Both the position numbers and the translations under genes were made by a program. A stretch of 64,000 nt of DNA from Polymyxa betae A26-41 (lineage: Eukaryota; Protista; Endomyxa: Phytomyxea). Location: contig RBZT01000729.1 in assembly GCA_003693705.1 (NCBI GenBank), positions 68,408 to 132,407 of the forward strand, read 5' to 3'. The notes under the pieces are model-generated. The model searched no databases and was not told the DNA's origin. It saw only the letters and a program-made list of their open reading frames with translations. Numbering within the stretch: the stretch's first letter is position 1; every line of letters starts with the position of its first letter. Positions 60,824 to 64,000 of the stretch are shown piece by piece.

Positions 60824-62134
60824 ATGCTGGTCGTTTTTGCCATCATTGTTCTACTATGTTCAGCGGGCGTTGTCTACAGGCGATCGATTGCTAGGTTGTT
60901 ATCTGATCAGAAACGGAGAAGAACGCTTCAAAATCTCGATCAGCAATGCCCTCGGCCGCCGAAGCCCAGGACCATCTTCACCAGGGTCCGTCGTCGCGAA
61001 CCGTTTCATCGCGCTTTCTTAATCTGTCCTGCAGATATCTGGCAATTGCACAGCAGCATCAGATCATCGACCATCTCGGTCATCAATTGGAGAAACCATC
61101 GGCATTAGGAAGTCGCTAGCATCCAGAGCAATATCGGAGTCCAGTATGCCAACCGCGAGCAAGCCACGAAAAGAATTGTCTAAATATGTCTCATCTGATT
61201 GTTATAATTACTTTCCCTCAACATCCTCTCAAATTCCGTCACCCGAAGTTCACGATCGTCGTATATCGAGTTCATTCAAAAGGCCAATGCTTGACCGACG
61301 ATTTGAAGAATTCCCACTGCGATCTTCTAAAAAACCAACAAATTTCAATGCAGCTCGTTTGGTTCACGCACAGCCTTCTACTGAGCTCCCGAGAAGTCCC
61401 AAAACATTCTCAACCCCATCAATTGCTAGAAGAAAACGTCTTGCTCTTTCCGCCTCTGATGGTTTCAAAAGTCCTCGAATTTCTATGGGAAAACGTTCTT
61501 CTCCATTTAATAATTATTCAGCTCCAGCTTCTGGTTTGTTTATCTGATCGTTTCTTAAAACATTGCTTATTTTTATGCTGCAGCAATTAAGCGCTCTAAA
61601 TTCTCTGAAGGCGGTCTATCTCATCATTCCAAGCTTTATGACTCGGACGCCCATCATAATTCTTCATCTGCAGGTAGTAAACGTGTTATCGGTGGTGAGA
61701 TTCCCGTTTTCCTAATTCTTCGTTAGATGCTGTTAGTTTAGACCTCAGCGAAATTGAGATGCAGGACGAGCTAACAGTAGAAATGCCTGCTGATGCGCAA
61801 CTGGATTCGTTTGTACCAGACAAACAAGCTGATGAAAGTGGAAGCAAGAGACAGGAAGAGATGGACGCTCAGTCTGAGTTCGAAGAAATCAGCAAGATTC
61901 CGGAACGATTCGAACCTGATTTACCTCATAGCGATATGTTCAACAGTCATCGAAGGTTTGTCCAACAATGGTTACGTTGAAGGTTTTTGATAGATTGCTT
62001 GTTAGATTATCTCGGACGATTCCTAAACGCCAGCTTCCGTTAGATGACATGCTTTTCGATGACGAAGAGATTCGGCTGAAATTCCAGCGCAATGACAAAG
62101 AAGTGCTGGACATTCTGCAGAGTTATGTATCTTA
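60824..62134 (+). CDS. Hypothetical protein with N-terminal TM anchor
   Basis: MLVVFAIIVLLCSAGVVYRR start, S/P/R-rich middle exon 61146-61547, acidic exon 61759-61980. 3' end approximate. Confidence 0.5.
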
Positions 62135-62704
62135 ACTCAGCGATGTCGTCAATCCTTCGCTGTAATGCTGATCGCCAATTATTTCTTTATGCTATCACCT
62201 CTCCATTTATGTTTTCAAGAATACATCGTATCGGTTTTTGCATACCTTATTCTCTTGCCGCTAGATGAATCTGACGTCCTGCGGTCGACGAAATTGCACC
62301 TCATTCTTATTCGACATGTCAGACAGCCGATTAGGGTGCTGATATTGACATACATGTTCAACAGCCATATATATAGCATTATTAATGCTGAAACTGAGAT
62401 TTCGGATCGTTGACAGTTTCGTCTTCATGCGATTTCATCAACATATGTTTTGACATCTCACCATTACTGCATTCTTATGAATCACAAAATGCAACATCAC
62501 TACACCAGTGCAAATAAGAATAAACATTACATGCAACATTCATAGAACTAACTGCTGCATCACGAAATCGTGAACAAACTGTTTTTGGTCTAAATGTAAA
62601 AACGATCGGAGTATTCCAGTCGTACTATCTGACATGATTAGAGGGTGGTTCAAGTTGACTACAGTACCGGTACCGGGGTAATTTGCGCAGCCCCTCCGGC
62701 CGAG

Positions 62705-62852
62705 CAAGCGCTTGGGTCTCTCTCTCTCTCTCTCTGGTCGTCTCCAGAGTCCACGCCTTCGTCAGCCGGGCTCAGAGACTGCGGTTCGCTTGGGTCTCTC
62801 TCACTCTCTGGTCGTTTCGTCTCCAGGGCGTCATCGGCCGGGCTCAGAGACA
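62705..62852. repeat. Two diverged ~72-bp tandem units containing a (CT)n tract
   Basis: cgcttgggtctctctc...tctctggtcgt...tctccag...gccgggctcagagac occurs twice. Confidence 0.85.
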
Positions 62853-63358
62853 GCAGTTGAGACCGCTCTGCCTCCGGCTGACCTGTCTTCACCACCCAAT
62901 GATAGCGGGGTAGCGGTGGTTGTGGTGAACACAGTCAGGCCAAATTTAATGCCCTGACCGGTTCCTCGTGTTCGCCTGGCAAAACAATGCCTTCCGTAAT
63001 TTTATTTCTTCAAAAAGTGTGTTTGTATGTTAATTTTGTTAGGGTTGCTGGCCAAGGACGAACCTATCCCAAAAAGATATATGCCCAGCGACTTTCGATT
63101 CGATTGGGTAATGGTTTGTGCTATTATGTTGGTGGATTGATAATGAATGTTTTAGAGGAAATAGTGGCTGGTCCCCTGAATGATGACAGTGTAACTACTG
63201 TATTATCATTAAAAGTTGTATGCAGCTGGCACGCTTTAGCTTTGAAACATCACATACAAAAGTATCCAATTCTCCAAGTGTTTCTGGATGGAAACAGATT
63301 TAGATACATTGTCTGGCGAATGATTTGCTGTTAAACTAAGCTTTATTTTCAGGAATTG

Positions 63359-63544
63359 TGTAGCAAGTCTACTAAATTGATGTTACAGTTGTAACGATGA
63401 ATGCAGAATGATCATATTAGATGGATTACAAGCACTTATATATCACTAAGATCGGAGGTTAGCTCGGAACTCGAAGAGTTTCCGATCATCGGGGTTTAGT
63501 CAGGTCCGATCGGAGGTTAGTCATATATTGCGTATATATTGACA
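63359..63544 (-). mobile_element. LTR copy A (3' LTR of a Ty3/gypsy element)
   Basis: TG...CA termini on the minus strand, immediately preceded by the polypurine tract AGGGAGGGGAG. Internal TATATAAG. Repeated at 63808. Confidence 0.85.
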
Positions 63545-63807
63545 CACTCCCCTCCCTAAAAAAACTACGGATATTGTATGAGTATCCGGGAAATCCTAAG
63601 TTGCGGCATTAAAAAACCATCGGGCGAGAGAATGGAAAAAACCATGCAACTCACTTCAGAGTCCACTTCTTAAGCTCTCCAAGAACCATATTTGCTAATG
63701 CATGATTTGATAACTTCAAATCTTTATGATAACGTTGTACCAAACTAGGAACATCCGTCCAAAGACTCACTAACGGTTCCCAGCTACTGTCTGTCTGAGT
63801 GAAACCT
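63545..63807 (-). mobile_element. 3' end of chromovirus pol (chromodomain C-terminal half), 3' UTR and PPT
   Basis: Minus-strand translation from ~63806: GFTQTDSSWEPLVSLWTDVPSLVQRY...LKKWTLK*, matching the GF...xSWEP..L..D.P chromodomain pattern. PPT at ~63547-63558. Confidence 0.8.
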
Positions 63808-64000
63808 TGTAGCAAGTATACTAAATTGATGTTACAGTTGTAATGATGAATGCAGAATGATTATATTAGATGGATTACAAGCCCTTATATATCACTAAGA
63901 TCGGAGGTTAGCTCGGAACTCGGAGAGCTTCCGATTAACGGAGTTTAGTCAGGTCCGATCGGAGGATAGTCAAATATATATTGACACACTCCCCTCCCTA
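63808..64000 (-). mobile_element. LTR copy B with its own PPT; the element continues beyond the window
   Basis: LTR 63808-63986 differs from copy A by about 11 substitutions and one short indel (counted by eye). PPT at ~63989-64000. Confidence 0.85.

Noticed and set aside
62705-62852. Hammerhead ribozyme (minus strand has CTGACGA in one unit and CCGATGA...GAAAC in the other)
   Set aside because: Neither unit has both core boxes intact, and no stem II pairing is evident.
63359-63986. Complete TRIM or mini LTR element
   Set aside because: The upstream LTR has its own PPT, no recognisable PBS follows it, and the interior is a truncated chromodomain.
1-64000. Frameshifted pseudogenes or an alternative genetic code to explain fragmented ORFs
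   Set aside because: Where checked, the breaks coincide with short spliceosomal introns, and TAA, TAG and TGA all act as stops in conserved genes.

Overview
A gene-dense eukaryotic genomic window with many short (mostly ~40-60 nt) GT-AG introns and short intergenic gaps. Gene content and intron style suggest a flagellated protist, plausibly a phytomyxid/plasmodiophorid (Rhizaria); this taxonomic call is inference only. About 35 genes can be supported. Confident calls: RACK1, RPL15, RPS8, ATP23, PCD, SAM50, a multicopper oxidase, a dTDP-glucose dehydratase, phytochelatin synthase, kinesin-4, an ankyrin protein, G-alpha, CDK8-like kinase, UTP4, a nucleolar FKBP, mitochondrial RRF, an EEP-family enzyme, CKS1 and SF1/BBP. 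Moderate calls include CD36-like, AP-5 zeta and several orphan secreted or membrane proteins. The last 650 bp hold two diverged LTR copies and a chromodomain remnant of a Ty3/gypsy element. The strongest unexplained signal is a palindromic element, CGT(G/T)ACGGAGTCCGT, lying 35-60 bp upstream of all three cytosolic ribosomal-protein genes (RACK1, RPL15, RPS8), which are up to 43 kb apart. It is a candidate lineage-specific ribosomal-protein regulon site. Other notable items are a two-gene secreted family built on a duplicated ~45-aa 'SEW...ASNLP...MQTIE(I/V)LM' module with an apparent intron gain, promoter minisatellites sharing a CCCAT(T/C)ATGGG core, and telomere-like repeats at intron branch points. 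Exon boundaries were read by eye and gene ends are approximate where stated.
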